Below, in pieces: positions 22,201 through 37,261 of a stretch of DNA of 64,000 bases. The stretch covers positions 8,494,001 through 8,558,000 of the forward strand of contig NC_081333.1 of NCBI RefSeq assembly GCF_022539665.2, in the 5' to 3' direction. The notes beneath the pieces are model-generated. The model was not told where the DNA came from. It saw only the letters and a program-made list of their open reading frames with translations, and did not search any database. A program made the position numbers and the translations under genes. The stretch is from Daphnia carinata (taxonomy: Eukaryota). Positions within the stretch are counted from its first letter, which is position 1; each line of letters starts with the position of its first letter.

Positions 22201-25200
22201 TGCGGAGAGAGAGCAGTCCAGAGAAGGCGTTTCGCTGCACGCACTGCAGTTTGTTGTAGCTGACGATCCTGTAATCAACAAAAGCAAATAGGAAAACCGT
22301 CAGGGCTTGACCGAGTTTGTTTTTTTTTGGCACATGCCGCAAAAGGGAGGCAACTTACAAGCTGGAAAGTTTCGTCAAATTGACGAAGGTGTTGTTGGAT
22401 AGAACGGAGACCATGTTATTACTGAGGTCGAGCCGGGTGAGGGCGCGCAGGTGGCTGAGCCGATCCGACTGGATGGACTGGATTTCGTTCACATCCAGGT
22501 AGAGCTCCGTAGTTTCCGGCGGTATGTTCTTAGGAATTTCGCGCAGCTTAGCCCGACTGCAGCGAACTATGGTGCCGGTGCACGTGCATTTCGGCGGGCA
22601 GTAATCCTCTCCCAAACATCCTTGGTCATCCAGCTCGGTGCAGCGGAATTCAAACGACGGCATGTCTTGAAGTGGAATGTCCTTGACGCGGGCCGGGCTG
22701 GCGCAGCGGGGCGCGCCCGTACTTAGCTCTTGCTCTTTTTTGCGCAACCAGTCGCCGAACCAGGCCATGTGGCAATTGCAGTGCAGCGGGTTACTCAAAA
22801 TATTCCTATCAGTGCAATCATTCAAACGTTACTACAGGCAATCAAACGACGGTATCATCAAAGCGATCAAAGGATAACCAGACACAAACAAAAAAAAAAA
22901 CCGACCGATAGGATAACATATACTTACAAAGAAGTGAGAGATCTCAAGTAATCAAACGACCCCGGGGTGACGCACGTAATCTTATTTTGGAACAGTGACC
23001 TACAACACAAAATTGCTGTTAATCGACACGTTTTTTCTTTTCCGAGTGAAGGTGCTGCTATAAAAAAACGAACGACATACAAAGTCCGCAAGCTGACCAG
23101 TCCGGTGAACATTTTGTTGTGGATTTCCTGGATGGCATTCTCGGCCAAGTTTCTGTTCATAAAATAAATTTTAAAAATCAGAATGAGAATGAAAAATATT
23201 CAAACGGGAAACAAGAGACAATTAAGACAGTAGAGAAAGAAAACGGAATGAGGACAACGCGGGGTCACGAAGTGCTCGGCACTCATCTTATGAAATCCAG
23301 AAAATAAAAAGGAATAAAAATAATGGCTGTGTCCAGTCATATAAACCAGGATTATTGCAGCGCAAACCCATTTTGATGTCACGACTAGGACTCATCTCGT
23401 GCGGGGCAAAGCCGCTGTCATGCGTTAATCACGCGTCTCGAATTGCCCGGCAGTTATGAACAACAACAGCTTGACGGTCAGAGAGCGAAACAATAACATC
23501 AACAGCGCAAAGAAAAAGAAGGCGCAGTCTCTCGTTGGGAATAGTGAAAGAAGGGCTTTCAAAACGATCTTTTTTAATCCGCTCAACAACTGCGTTGCAT
23601 CTCATACGGCCGTAATGGCTACGCTGTTCTCTTTCTCTTTTATACTTGACGCTACAACTTAAAACCTACAACTTACAAGTCAACGAGCGTGCTGGCTCCC
23701 TCGAAGGCTCCGTTCTCGATGGAAGAGATTTGATTTCGCCTCAAATCGACTTTAAGAAGATTGGGCAGGTCTCGGAACATGCCATCCGCTTTAATCCGGA
23801 CGATCTCATTGTCGTTCAAAATCCTGTCAAAGCATTAAACAAAAAATACGGAAATGTGACACAAAGCCGACAATGATTCCAAGGTTCAAATTTTTTTTTT
23901 TACAGTTCGGTGGTGTAGAGAGGAAGTTCACGTGGGATCTCCTTCAATCCTTTGTTGGAGCAATCGACAATAGTTCCCTTGCAAGAACACTCAGCCGGAC
24001 AGGACGGATCATCTTCACAAGGGCTGATTTCCAACAGATTGCGTTCCAGGTCACGATCTGTCAGTCACAGTTACGACCAGATATTTAAGCATTTAATGAA
24101 GCCACACAAATTGAGTGAGACGATAAGGAGTTTCCAGTTTACCACTGCAGCGTGATTTCTCGTCACGCAAGACGGCGATGCGGCGTCTCTGCAATCGACG
24201 GGGAGATTCGCAACGGACGCCCGAGGTTTCGACTGGTTTGCGGTGCAAATAATCAGCCAACCACGTGAGGTAGCAATCGCACAAGAAAGGGTTCCTTCCA
24301 AGATGCCTGTAGAAAGTTAATTGAAGTTAACATCATCGAGCTTTTAACATAGAAAAAATGAACATTTCTCTTACAGTGTTTGAATGTTGCGAAGACTGTC
24401 GAACGTTCCATTGAGCAGGGTCGGGATGTTGTTGTCGTAGAGAGACCTGGATCGAAGCGAAAAAAAGAAAGAAACCACAATAGGTCAATATCCGACAGTA
24501 TAAGGATTCGGAAACTAATTGCATATAGATAACGTAATGGGCGTGGACGGTGTGCCTTGTTAGGTCGTCGGGCAAAGCTTTGCGCTTAAAAAAAAAAAAA
24601 AAAACAATAATTTTGCGGGCAGATAAAATACGAGGAATTGAGAAAAAAAAAAGAAGGGAATTTGCTGTCTCTCGAGAGCTACGCAATTGGATATCGACAT
24701 TGAAAGAGGACGAAGTTAGACGGGCCGGCCCTGGCCCGAAAGAAGCTTGGCTCTTGCCGAGAAGTAGGCGGTGGCACAGGTCTTATGTAAATGTAGGCTT
24801 TTAGTCCCGCAACGCTAATTAAATCAAACTTTTTGAGGAAGCGCACAAGCTCCTCTGATGCCGCCGAGTGTTATCTTCTCTTATTTTCTTTTGAGCGGGG
24901 AGGGGGGGTTGGCCACTTGGCGTGACTGGACTCCATCCACTTGACGATGAATGCTGTTCCGTGTCGGGATCGAACTACCTCATAAAGGGATATTCATCTA
25001 CGATTCGTATCTATCGGCTCCATCATGGAACGGGACTCGGGAAGAGGGGAAAAAATGCATATAATAATACGAGCCATTTTGAAAAAAGCCTTCGAGTTTC
25101 AATACTCGAGGCTTCTAAGTGTTCTCAGGGTCATCCCAATCCATCCAACCCGTCCATCTAATCACCACGCCTCTTGATACCTTTTCCCTCTGACTTGGCT

Positions 25201-27522
25201 AGCGAGAATTTTGATAACCAGAGGGTAAACGTAAAGTAAAAACGAAAATAAAAATAGTCGTGTACACACACACACACAAAAAAAAAGGTTACGCAAGACG
25301 ACAGGGGGGGGGGGGAGGCAAACAAGACGGGGTTGAAGCGTTTCCCCATGTAAACAGGTCACGAAATGCTTGAATCTTCCAAGCCAATCTACGTTTTTCT
25401 GCTCTTCAATTTGAGGTGAGTCCACTAGAACGAGAGCGGCGGACGAAAGGCATGAGCCTGAGCCTCTCCTGATGGTCCCAGTAAAGATCTGAGACTCTCT
25501 AGATGAAAGGCCTCAACGTTAAAAAAACATGTTGTTGAAACACAATGACGACCGGGCATTCTGTTTTGAACTGCGTGAGCGTATAGTTTAAGAAAAAGGA
25601 GGGGGGGGGGGTGGAGAAAAAGAGAGATGAAACAGAAATATATCAAGCTGCTACACGATGGTGGACAAACACACAACCCCCTCTAAGATTGTCTTTTGTC
25701 CCCATTTTCCTCTCGAATTTCCTTGTGACTCGGCGCTCTTCTCCCCCCCCCCCCCCCAAACTCTTGAAGACTCATCAGCACCCAATGAGACAGCTAAGGA
25801 TTTATAGCACGCACTCGTTTCCGGAACGCTTCTAGCGACCCCATCTTTCATGCTTCCCTTTTTTTTTTCTTGTGTGTGTGTATAAAAGACGAGTTACTAC
25901 CACTACTATACTACTACTACCCCCACTAGCTATTATCCACTCCTACGCGCTATAGGAAGGCATGAATCAATCGACGAAAAAAAAAAAATAAATAAAAAAA
26001 ATACAAAAATCTTCCGGTTCCAGCTGAAGGACACCACCCTTTTCTCTTCCCTATCTATAAACTATTCTTCTCAAGTTCTGTCTTTTTTACTCTCTTTTGC
26101 AAAGAAAGAAAGAGATGTATTTATACCGCGCTGTGCTGGCTTGATGCCCGCAACTTAACCTGATCGGAGCTGGGATTTTGGTGATGAGTAAAAGCAAGAC
26201 AAGAGACAAGGGGTTGATCATTAGCGAGAAGCTTGAGGGGGTTCAGAGACTAGACCAAGTAAAACATCGGAAAGTCAACAGAATAGCTGGGCTCCGTAAT
26301 TTGACGAGAGCATTTGCTGGGCTCCACCTTCAACTCATTTGCTTTTGGCTTCGCACGGCGGGCAAGTGAAGAAAAATATATATAAAAAAAATACGGTCTG
26401 CGAAAGATAAAAGGAACTTTCTTGATGAGTCCGGCGAAATGATGGGAACGTTTGATGGGAAAAGCCGGGCATTTGTTTTTAGACGGGAACGTAAGACACT
26501 GATGAACAAGACGATAGTCTAGGATTAGTTTATGTCTTACAGTAGATTGAGGTTGTGAAGATCTTTGAAGGAATCTCGTCGGACGCAGGAAATACGGTTG
26601 GCATTGAGTAGAAGAAGTTGCAACGACGTCAGACCGTGAAACATGCCAGCCGGAAGCTCGGTGATCCGGTTGCCGTATAAAATCCTATTCAAATGAAGAA
26701 ACACACCGCCATGAAAATGTTACGTAAACTCGGTCCGTTCGTTTTCTATAGACCCGCTCGAATGGAATGAAATGCGGATGGCATCAAAGAAAAAGGAATC
26801 GAGCAAAAAGAGGGAAACAGATGAGAAACCCCATAAACTTACAGTGACGTTAGAGATTTCAGTCCGTGAAAGGCGTCGCCAGCGATGGAGCTGATCTGGT
26901 TGTTGCTCAAATCGCTACAATGTGTCCATTCAAAGTACATGCATTCCAACATAAAAGAAAAAATTCAAATACGATAAGCGAATGCTTAAACAAGCCGACA
27001 AATGCAGGGACAATTGATGGACTTACATTCGCTTGAGTTTTTTATAAGCGGCGAAAGCTTTGGCCGGAATTTCGGTTATCTGGTTCTGTTCCAAACGCCT
27101 AACAATTCGTGAGGGAAAAAAAGGGCAAAATCATTTCACAATTCATTCAACAACAATTAGCAGTTAAAACAAAAATGCAATAGTTGATGATAACTATAAA
27201 CGACGATGACGACAGTTCATTTAGTGGTTATTTTTTTTTTTCCCCCTCTTCTCCTCGTTCGTTCAAGGTTTTATTAAAAGAATGTCTCGACGGCAGGTGT
27301 GCACCAATTAATTGTCCTTGCCCGAACAGTCTCCTTGAACTTTCGGAGATTGTTCTATACGAATCGGTCCCATCTCTTTGTGGGAATTCAGATAGAAAAT
27401 CTTAGCTGCTTACGAACAAAAGTTTGACGCCCTCCCAGCGAAAACCCATTTCTCTCAATGCATTTTCGTTCGGTTCATACCGTCGCTCCCATGGCCGTTC
27501 AAATCGATCGACTACAATCGAA

Positions 27523-27557
<35 letters not shown>

Positions 27558-30500
27558 CGTCCTTTCCAATGTAGAGGCATTATCGATATGGCCGTCATTT
27601 TTAACAATCACCGTCGTCAACGTTTCATCATCATGTCATATCGTTTACGTGCGTCAATCTATTCTAGTTGGGAAATGCACGTAAGCATAAAAAAAGGGAA
27701 GTTATACTCACAGTTCGGTAGCGCTGTCCGGCAAATAGGGCGGGATTCGGCTGAGAGATTTATCTCGACAATCCACCACGCCATCGGCGCAGCGGCACAT
27801 CAGCGGGCAGCCGGGCTGGGCCGAACATTCCTCCGATGGCTTTTCAGCAGCTCCTAAGAAAAAAAAAAGAAAATTCGACAGGAAAAAGAATGGCAACCGA
27901 TTAAAAACAAGCCGAAACAGAAAAAAAATACACAAAAGATTCGAGAGGCGAAGCGACGACGAATTAAAAAGACAAGGCAAATCAATTGTTAGACGCTTGG
28001 AAAAAAAAACATACACAAATGAATTCTTTTGAAAATAAACGCCGGATTCCTGCGTTAAGCAGAGATTACGCAATCTCATCGCTAATGATTTATTCAAACA
28101 ACTAATGATCGGTCCCGTAAATCATTCTCATTAAAGACGGTGCCACAGACGTTTTCGACAATAAGAAAAAAGATGCTCCATCACGGTTAAAACGTAAAAA
28201 AGGAGGAGGACCCTCTATTTCTTTTTTTAAAGAGCGTGCATTTCGTGGATTTGCATCAGCGAGTGGTTATAAAGAATTTTCCAAACGACTGTTGTTGTTG
28301 GGTTCGCTGGAAAGGGAAAATGGCGTGGCCCTTCAGACGGTGCGCATTCACTTTTGGCAAACAATAAACAACACTTAATTCCAGCGGAACGGATGATTGA
28401 ATCGCAAAATGCATACAACCAACAAAAAAAAAAAAATGGTGCGCGCCCCACCGTAAAGTTGAACGGTAACAAAAGGACGTCAATTTCTTTGGCGAAGAAA
28501 AATAAATAAAAATATGGCCAAAAACGATGGTGCATCGACGGCGCAAAAGAAGCTGGGTGCCGCCCTTTTCCTAAATCAAATATCTTTCACGTTGTCGGAG
28601 AGCGTCTGTCGTGCAGATCTGCTGTTGTAATATTTTCTTACATTACTATTTTTTTTTTTTTCTCATCGCATCATTATGCAGCACGAACGGGGAGAAATCA
28701 AACAAGCAAGAAGAAAAAAAAAAAAAAAAAAAAAAGGAAGAGGAAAGCAACTGTGAGTGGCTGCTAGTAGGGAACTGAGGAGCGCTGCCATATCAACAAC
28801 AATAACAGCAAGGAAAGAGTACTGCATTTTCTGCTGGAAAGTAATGTCGGTAATAGCCAGGCAGGGTGAGAGAAGACGGGAAAAAAAAAAAAAAATTAGA
28901 CTTTCTAATCGGCCACTATCTAAACATTTTTATACGAGCTTTGTGTGTATCTATGTATATATGCAATATATATAAAGTGTTCAACCATCCGAAGGAATAA
29001 AGAGATTTTTTAATATTTTTTCTGACAGTCCCGAGTCCTCTCAATAAAAACCCCTTTGCATCGTACGGTATCTTTTTTATTGTGCCTCTTTTTTTTTTTT
29101 TTTTAACGTTTTATTTGATCCTTTTTATTTTGTGATTACTAATAAAGCAGAATCGAAATAATAGCTTCAAGGGGGAAGGACAGAGATCATTAAAGAAAAC
29201 TAAGTAAAATGTTTCTTTCTAATGGAAGAGGAAATAAAAGTAAAAACGAGCCACATGTCTCCATTTCGGGCGAGATGAGAAAAGAGAATGACATGTTACT
29301 TTAAAGTTTTCAAATGCGATTCAAAATGGGCCATAACTCGAATGAGAGAAAGCCATCATCATTCAGATGTTGAACGCGAAAAAGAAAGATTCAAACGAGA
29401 TTTAAGAGGTGCGCATATGGAGGCTGCACGACACGGTCATTCTCTCCGTTTTTTTTCACGTTACGTTAATTCGGCTAAGGCCGAACTGAAATCAGACAGG
29501 CGGAAACACATCATATAGATGTGTTTTTCGTTTTTGCTCTCCTAGTCTATTTCAGCTGCGTTTCTGTCCTTCATTCATCCTTTTGAATCGCCAACAAAAG
29601 TCCTTTTCAACTTGTAAAATTCATTCCTTTTGAAAAGGTGTCTTTCCAAGAACTAAACGAGGCCTTTAACCGGACTAAATCTGCACCTCGTGCTGCCCCG
29701 TTTCAGGTGTTTCAACACGTCTTTCATCAATTCTCAATTGAGGCAGTGCTGAAGGGCGTTGGCAACTGGCCGAAACGTAAAACTTGGTCACTCCCAGATG
29801 TTATGGAATTGAATCAGAAAAGAAATAAAAATGTGTTTCTTCATCCATCACGGTACAGAGAATGTACATCACTGTAATCGAAACCTAAAATTTCACTTAC
29901 AGTCCCGCGGAAAGCTGTTCCTGCCCGACGATGGCACAACATCATTGGCCATATAATAGGGAGGAACGCACAACAACAACAAAAAAAAAAAAAAAAAAAG
30001 GGGGAAGAAGACGGATGGATCCGGAGTATCTTTCGATATTTTTTTTTTTTGTTCTCACCAACACCCAATCGGTCTCCCATCTCTTTACAAATCTGTGTGA
30101 AAAGATCTTACCCTTTTAAAGGCAGTAAAAAAGAAAAGGGAAGAAAAGAAGAGCTACAAAATATTTTTTTTTTTTTCCTATGAAAAGGCACACAGCTTAG
30201 ATGAAAAGCAGATAGTGTAGATATGCATCACCGGCTGTGCAATTAGCAGCATTTTCTCATTGACAAGCCAAGCCGACCATTCTACGCAAACGAGGAGCTA
30301 GGTGATAACACCGAAATAGAAAAAAAGAAAGAAAGAGAGGATTCGACTTGCTGCTTTTGAGAGAACTCTTCTACACCAGGACAAAAGCAAAAGCCGTTTA
30401 CAAAAGGATTGGGTCTCTAAGCTCTTTTTTTTTTTTTTTTTTTTTCTCGCTCTTTTATGAAACGGCGAAATATGAAACATCGAAATTCTTCTCAGGAGAT

Positions 30501-30615
30501 GGGGAGTGACAGCTGTCAGACCTTTAGTGTCGGTGGTGGGACTGTAAGGGGCGAGTGTAGTACGAAGTCTTTAGTTACCTGAACAATGTCTATACATAGC
30601 TGGAAAGATACCTTC

Positions 30616-30646
<31 letters not shown>

Positions 30647-33240
30647 TTCAAAATGTGTCATCTTTCACCTTTTTTTTTTGGCAATGATTGTGATTTTGAC
30701 AAAGAAGAAGGCAAAAAAAAAAAAACTTTTGTTGCTCGACCTTCTTGTTAGTTGAAGACCTCCAAAAGAAAATCGTACCAAATCATCATGGCGGCAACGA
30801 CGACGAATTTATGGAGAGATTTTCTTTTTTATGTTCTCCGAAAAAAAAAGATTTGAAGTTATATATATATATATATTTTATACAGTGAAGTTGCTCAGAC
30901 GTATGAGTGAAACGTCTTTGATTTCGTTTTCTCTCCAACGGCGCTAATCGTTCATCCGCGATGAACTCAGCGCGACACCGCACGCACGCGCTCCACGCCT
31001 CGTGACGCGGCTGAATAGATCATTTCTCATACAGAAAAGATAAACATGGAAAATAGAATTCGAAATGAGTAGGAAATTTGAAAGGCTTTACACACAGACA
31101 CACACACACAAAAAAAAACTTGTGCGGACTAGAAATGGTGGGGGGAAAAGAAAAAACCCGCTCATCATTGGGAATGGTCATGTCAGTAGTGGAGACGTGT
31201 CAACAATACTTTCCTGGAACATGATGGCCAAACAAGAATGAAAGACGGAGATGGAAAATGGGAAAAGAAGAAGATGGAAGAGAGAGAGAGAGAGAGAGAG
31301 AGAAAAAAAAAGAGAAGAATACGATGAGGATAAAAAGGAAAACAGTAAAATGAAAAAGAACCAAGAAAGAGTTTGGCCAAATTGAGAGAAAAAGATACAG
31401 TAATATCAAAGGACAGACCTATAGAGCGAGAGAGACGGCCCCATCAAAAGGTATTTTCTGCGTGCGAGAGATTGACTGGTCAATGAGTCGCCACCAGCAG
31501 GGAGTCCATAAATAAATACTTAGATTTTTTTTTTCCCTTTTTTTTTTTTTTTTTTTTCTAATATTCCATTTTGATCTATGAAAAGAAAAAGACCCTCTGA
31601 CTGAATCTGCTCAACTTCTTTTGCTTCTGGCAACACTGTGAAAAATAAAAAGGTCCTTTTTTTTTTTCGACGTGTAGTAGTGGAGGAAGGCTACAAAAAA
31701 AAAAAAAAAAAGAAAAGAAAAAGAGGACCAGAAAAGACGACCGAATTGACAGGCACCTGTGCATTCTATAGATTGGCGGTAGATATGTGCATGCGCATAC
31801 CGGGCATGTCACAACGGGACGACAGGGGCATCGTTTCCTGCATAAATCTCCCTATCGTGTTACACTCTCTAGAAAGATGATATACGAACCCACAGTTTTC
31901 TCTTTCTCTCCTCTTTTTTTTTTAGTTCACTCGAAGGATAAGCAGATAAAACCGATTTCCTTCTTAACGTCTGTCGTGCTATCAAACAGACCTTGTCAAT
32001 CGAGCAGCTGTTGTTGTTCGGACGGGGCAGGTTAATTTATGTACGGATTTCGTTAGCAAAAAAATCCAACGTTTCCTAACCAGCAAATGCCACAAAGCTC
32101 TACGCTAACAAATTGTTTGTTGATTCCCAAACACAGAAGAAGAAGAAAAACAAAACAAAAAACATTTCCAATACAACTCCCGAGCCATTAAAAGGAAACA
32201 AAAGACGAACGACGGCAACAAAAGAAAGTAAAAATGACTTCTGGGACGGTTTGCGGTGATTTCTATTTTAAAAAACGATTAAAGTCTGAAGGAGGGGGGG
32301 GGGGGGGGAGAAATGAAGGATGCTCGCCATCTTTTATGCCTAACGTGAAACACGCAATCTACATGTAAATTTTCAATCGCTTCCTCCAACAATTCACTGC
32401 TTTCCCCTTGTACATTATGTTTGGTTTTTTTTTTTTCTTTCTTTCTTTCTCCTTATTATTTATTTGCTGTTGTTTCTTGTCTTTGTTGCTGTTGTTGATG
32501 TCGAAAGAACATATACATAAAGCATACAAGAGGTAAAAAGAAAAAAAAAAGAACCTAGACAAGAGATAATTCCTTCCTTATTCTTTTCGGGAACCTTATG
32601 GTGTTGGTGATATACGATCCGTGGAAGGAGCTTTCGCGATGGTAAATATAAAGAAAAGGAAAAAAAAAAAAGGACCCCTAGAAATAACTCGACGACAGAA
32701 TAATCTAACGCTCGTTGAAGATGAATAACGAAAAACAACCACCTTGGGCTGTGGGGAAATTGAAAAAAAAAAAAAAAAAAAAAAAAAACACGGCAAAACA
32801 AATCATCAGGTGCCATTTAGCCACGGGCTGCGCTAGCGCTGCTGGCAAACAGCGGAGAGAACACAAAGTTCTGATGACACATATTTTGTTTTTTGTTTTT
32901 TTTTTTTCTTTTTACCTGTGCATTTGAATTCAGTGTCAAGAAGCTCCGACACGGCTTTGATGCGGAGGCCGAAAGGGGCGTGACAGCGGGGCAGGTAGCC
33001 GTTGGCGGCCAGCGGTGAGCCGGCACGGGCGTGGCGGCGTAGGAAACGGCCGAGCCATGCTAGATGGCAGTCGCACAGCCACTTGTTCTCCGAAAGGCGT
33101 AAAACGCGAAGCCGACTCAGCGGCTCGAACAGGTCACGTGGCAGCGAAGTCAAGTTGTTATTATTCAACGTCCTGGAACAAATAAAAATAATTTTTTTTT
33201 AAATAAACCAACTTTGTTATCTACATTTGTTTTGATTTTT

Positions 33241-33277
<37 letters not shown>

Positions 33278-34334
33278 CCCCATGTTCTCGGAAGACGGAA
33301 TATGAAAAAGAAAATCAACTTACAAAATTTCCAATTCCTTCTGAGAGCGGAGAGCTGCTTCGTCGATGCACGTCAGCTGGTTGTTATCCAGTTGCCTGTA
33401 CAAATATCAGAATTAAACATCTCCACCGAGGGGTTGAAGGTTCGGGGCAAAAAAAAAAAAACAAAGAAAAACGAGGAATAGACCAAACATGGACACACGC
33501 AGCAGTTGCAACCGGTAGAGTCGTTCACTCTGTTGCACATAACGAATTGATATTCGACAGCGACAAGAAGGAGAGAGAGAGAGAGAGAAATGGGAAGATG
33601 AATTGGTCTCTTGAATCCCACGTCTGTCTGTCTCTCTGTTTGTACTGATCGTTTCAAACTTCCCACGAAAATACACTTCTCCTTTCCCTCCCCCTCAAAA
33701 GCAGCACATTGTATTATTTATACACATCCTCGCTATCTAACGTATTCCATTTCGCTTCCTTCTCCTTCTTCACACACAATCGTTCAGCAGCTTTTTTTTC
33801 ACAGACCCCCACCGTGCAATGATATTTTTATTTAGTGAGCACACGAGACCTGTGTGCCTCGTATCGCGCGCATAGGTGATTTTCATTTTGACAGAAAGGA
33901 GAAACGAAAAAACAAACGTTAACTGCACAAGGCAAATAAGGGAGACGAAGAAGAATAGATGAAGAAACCAAAGAAAGAAAAAATTGACTTACAAATTGCG
34001 CAGCGAGTTGAGTCCTCGGAGGGTGCGTTTGCCTACAGCAGTCAACTGGTTGTGGCTCAAATCCCTGCAAAACACGGAAAAGAGAAAAGAAAATCATCAT
34101 CAATCAGTCGACAAAATGAAAAGGAAAAAGAAATGAGCAATTCGTTATTGGGTTTCCCGTTTCATCGGGCCAGCGAATAGAAAACAAACCCCCACATACA
34201 ATCGAAAAAAGAAAACTAAATAGGAAATGGAATAGCCATTGATTCCGTCGATAAACATGTCTATTCACTGCGCAGCGATGGACTTTATATGCACATCAGG
34301 TTAAAGGGGAGGATAGAGGAGAGAATGGATCATC

Positions 34335-34366
<32 letters not shown>

Positions 34367-37222
34367 AAACAAGCCCGGATCGCCCTCTATTTATCTCTTT
34401 TGTTTTCTCATTTCAGGCAATTTTCTCAGCCATCTTTTCTCTTTTTTTTTTTTTTCTTACTCCACAGGGCGAGAAAAGATGGAATTAAATGCAAAGATAT
34501 GCAGAAGCAGCAGAAGCCAGACCGTGAACCAATGAAATAATCATCCGAAACGGCGGTGTAGGGAAATGCAGAGGATGGGGTAGGACTCCGTAAGTATACA
34601 CACTATACGCTACACGTCGAATTAATAAATTTTCTCCCAAAAAAAAAGAAGAGAAGAGAAGAAGATAAGAGAGAGGATCGTTATAATCAAGAATGGTGTG
34701 CGCGAGAGAAAGAAAAAATGGAGAGTCTGTTGGGAAGGGCATTGAAGAGTGAATCAAAGTGTCGGACGGATGCGTGATCGTCATCGATCGGATGCGGGAC
34801 GGCGCGACCGATTTATTATGATCAACTCTCCTATTCGAGCCTTCAGGAAGAAGTGGAAAGCGATAGAAGTTTGAGTTAAAATAAAATATATAAAGAGGAT
34901 AGAGAGAGGGAGAGAGAGAGAGGGAGAGAGAGGGGGGTGATCAACTATAGCGCCACCAATCGAAGGGGGGTCCAAATGTATGCCAAGAGAAAAGAGCTAG
35001 GCATCCATTAGACCCCCACCGATGTAGATTGTCGTTTCGCTGCTGGAGCGCTCCGCATTGTCCGTGCAGCGAGAAGAGCCACAGAGTTGCACATTAGCAT
35101 AACTATCAACACGTTATGTATGTACAGTGTGTGTGTGTGTTTATATAAGAGCAAACGAAGAGGGGCGCAAATGTGGAAAACAACAACAGCAAAAAAAAAA
35201 AAAAACATCGTTTGGACCGTGTTGGAATACTACATTTGGACCCAGTTGAGAAGGGCCAATCTCAGATAAGCCTACCAAGGTTCTTATAAGAAAAAGATTT
35301 GTCCTTTACAGATGAAGTCAATTCACCTGGCCCTTCCCTTGTAGGCCTTAACACTATAAGTTGTACACACACAAACTGACTACCTTCCTCGGTGATTGAT
35401 TTCCCGCAAGGGCAGAATCCCGTGCCGGGTCGTGCCTCGTACGGGCAAAGGAAAGGACCCAAAATGAAGGAAGAGCGGGTTAAAAAAAAAAAAGGGATAT
35501 ACAAATTTCTTTCGAATGATGAACTAGCGGTGGAGGTCGTCGGGACTTGGGAGTCAACGAGAGTCTCGGGCGGGAATCGTTTTTTTTTTTCCCCTTCGAG
35601 TTCTGTGTGTCTTTTTTCCTTGCACGGGCACAAGGAGCTTAATGATAATTTATGAGACGGTCACACGAAGGAGTTGCGCCTGGAACACGAGAAGGGGTAA
35701 GAAAAGTATAGGATCCAGCAGAGTTTCCGATCGCGGAGGCCCAACTAGAGATTCTGGGTAGGGCCGTGGCGACTAAAATTTATCAATATGCAAATTGTTC
35801 TGGACATGGTGTCACTAAGGTCGCATTGGGTTTTTATTTAAACGAAAAAAAAAAAAAACATCTCCCATCAATGTGTCAACCCTTCGATTTCTTCTTTTAA
35901 AAAAGGTTCTTGGCAACAGTCCGATGGGCAAACAACAACCATCCGGAGACCCACCAAGACGAAGTCAAACGCAATCAAAATTTCAAACGCATAAACATCA
36001 ATTAGATATTCATAAAAGTAAAATCAAGAAAAATCAAATCGCATTGGCTTATTTTGCTAACGAAAACAGGATTGCGTTTCAAAGTCTAACTCAGAAAGAA
36101 CATCACACAAGGCAAAGTGTTTAATGTAAGACTTTTCGATGGGGGGGGGGGGGGAGGCAAGAGCTTGTCCATTTGAAAGAGCACGGCATTAGAACGGATT
36201 TTGTACGATCCCGGACTCGAGACTTCCATCATCCCGTCCGAACGCGCTCTATGCAGATAAGGCAAAAGCAGCTCGTGCCCCCCTCCCGTACAACTAAACT
36301 CGGCTACTATACACGACGGCCACTCTAAGTGATTTCACAGCAGTTTAAACAGGCCACGATTGATCGAGATACATTCACGGCAGCAAGCGCTGTTTGACCA
36401 ACCTGTCCCGTTTTCGCTGCTTTAACACACCCCTCCATCTCCCTGATTTCTATTTCAATCCCTGTCGTAATCTCGCGCTCACTCTTAAGAGGTTTGCTTT
36501 GGTTCTTCGACTCAACCCAATATGTGAGTGTGTACATGTTGACACACTGTCGCTCTCTCTCTCTCAACGGGCGCGCTTCAAAGATATTAGCCGCCCTCGC
36601 CCTCCCTGTTGCCCTTCTGAAAAAGGGAACTACATAGTTAGTACGTACATTAGATGGACATTCGTTCGATAGGGTGAGAATAAGGGTCTCTCATTCGACC
36701 AGTATATAATAACTTTTTTTTTTTTCTTTTCTCACCACTTTCATTATCTCCCGGAGAGGGACTCCCGAGGTACAAACACTCAAATTCAATTGATAATTTA
36801 CTCAATGAGAATGAATCGATTTTCCCGCATTGTATACGTATATGTTGGTGTTGCAAAGGAGAATAGAAGTGAACAAAAGAGGGCAATTTTCTTTTTTTTT
36901 TTTTTTTTTCTATCTCTTGCACGGTCTTTCTAATAAATAAAAATACCCATTTTCTATATATGTACCCAAAATACACAGATGGAAGCCGCGAAGAAGAGCG
37001 AGATGACATCCGGCCGCACACCCTAGCTCAAATCCGTCCATTTTTTTTTGTTCTCCCGATCGAACTCTCTCTCTCTCTCTCTCTCTCTGTTTCCTTCCGT
37101 CGTGTGTGGCACACAGTATATAAAACATGTTAGCCAAGAGAACGGCAGCTCCACTGCTTTAAGGTTATATACGACTAACAAGACTTTCAGATAACAATAA
37201 ATACGTATATATTTATTGCATG

Positions 37223-37261
<39 letters not shown>

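Noticed and set aside
27004..27321. Short inverted match (gcagggacaatt / aattgtccttgc) flanking the slit exon 27027-27098
   Set aside because: Only about 11 of 12 bp, which is plausible by chance without conservation data.
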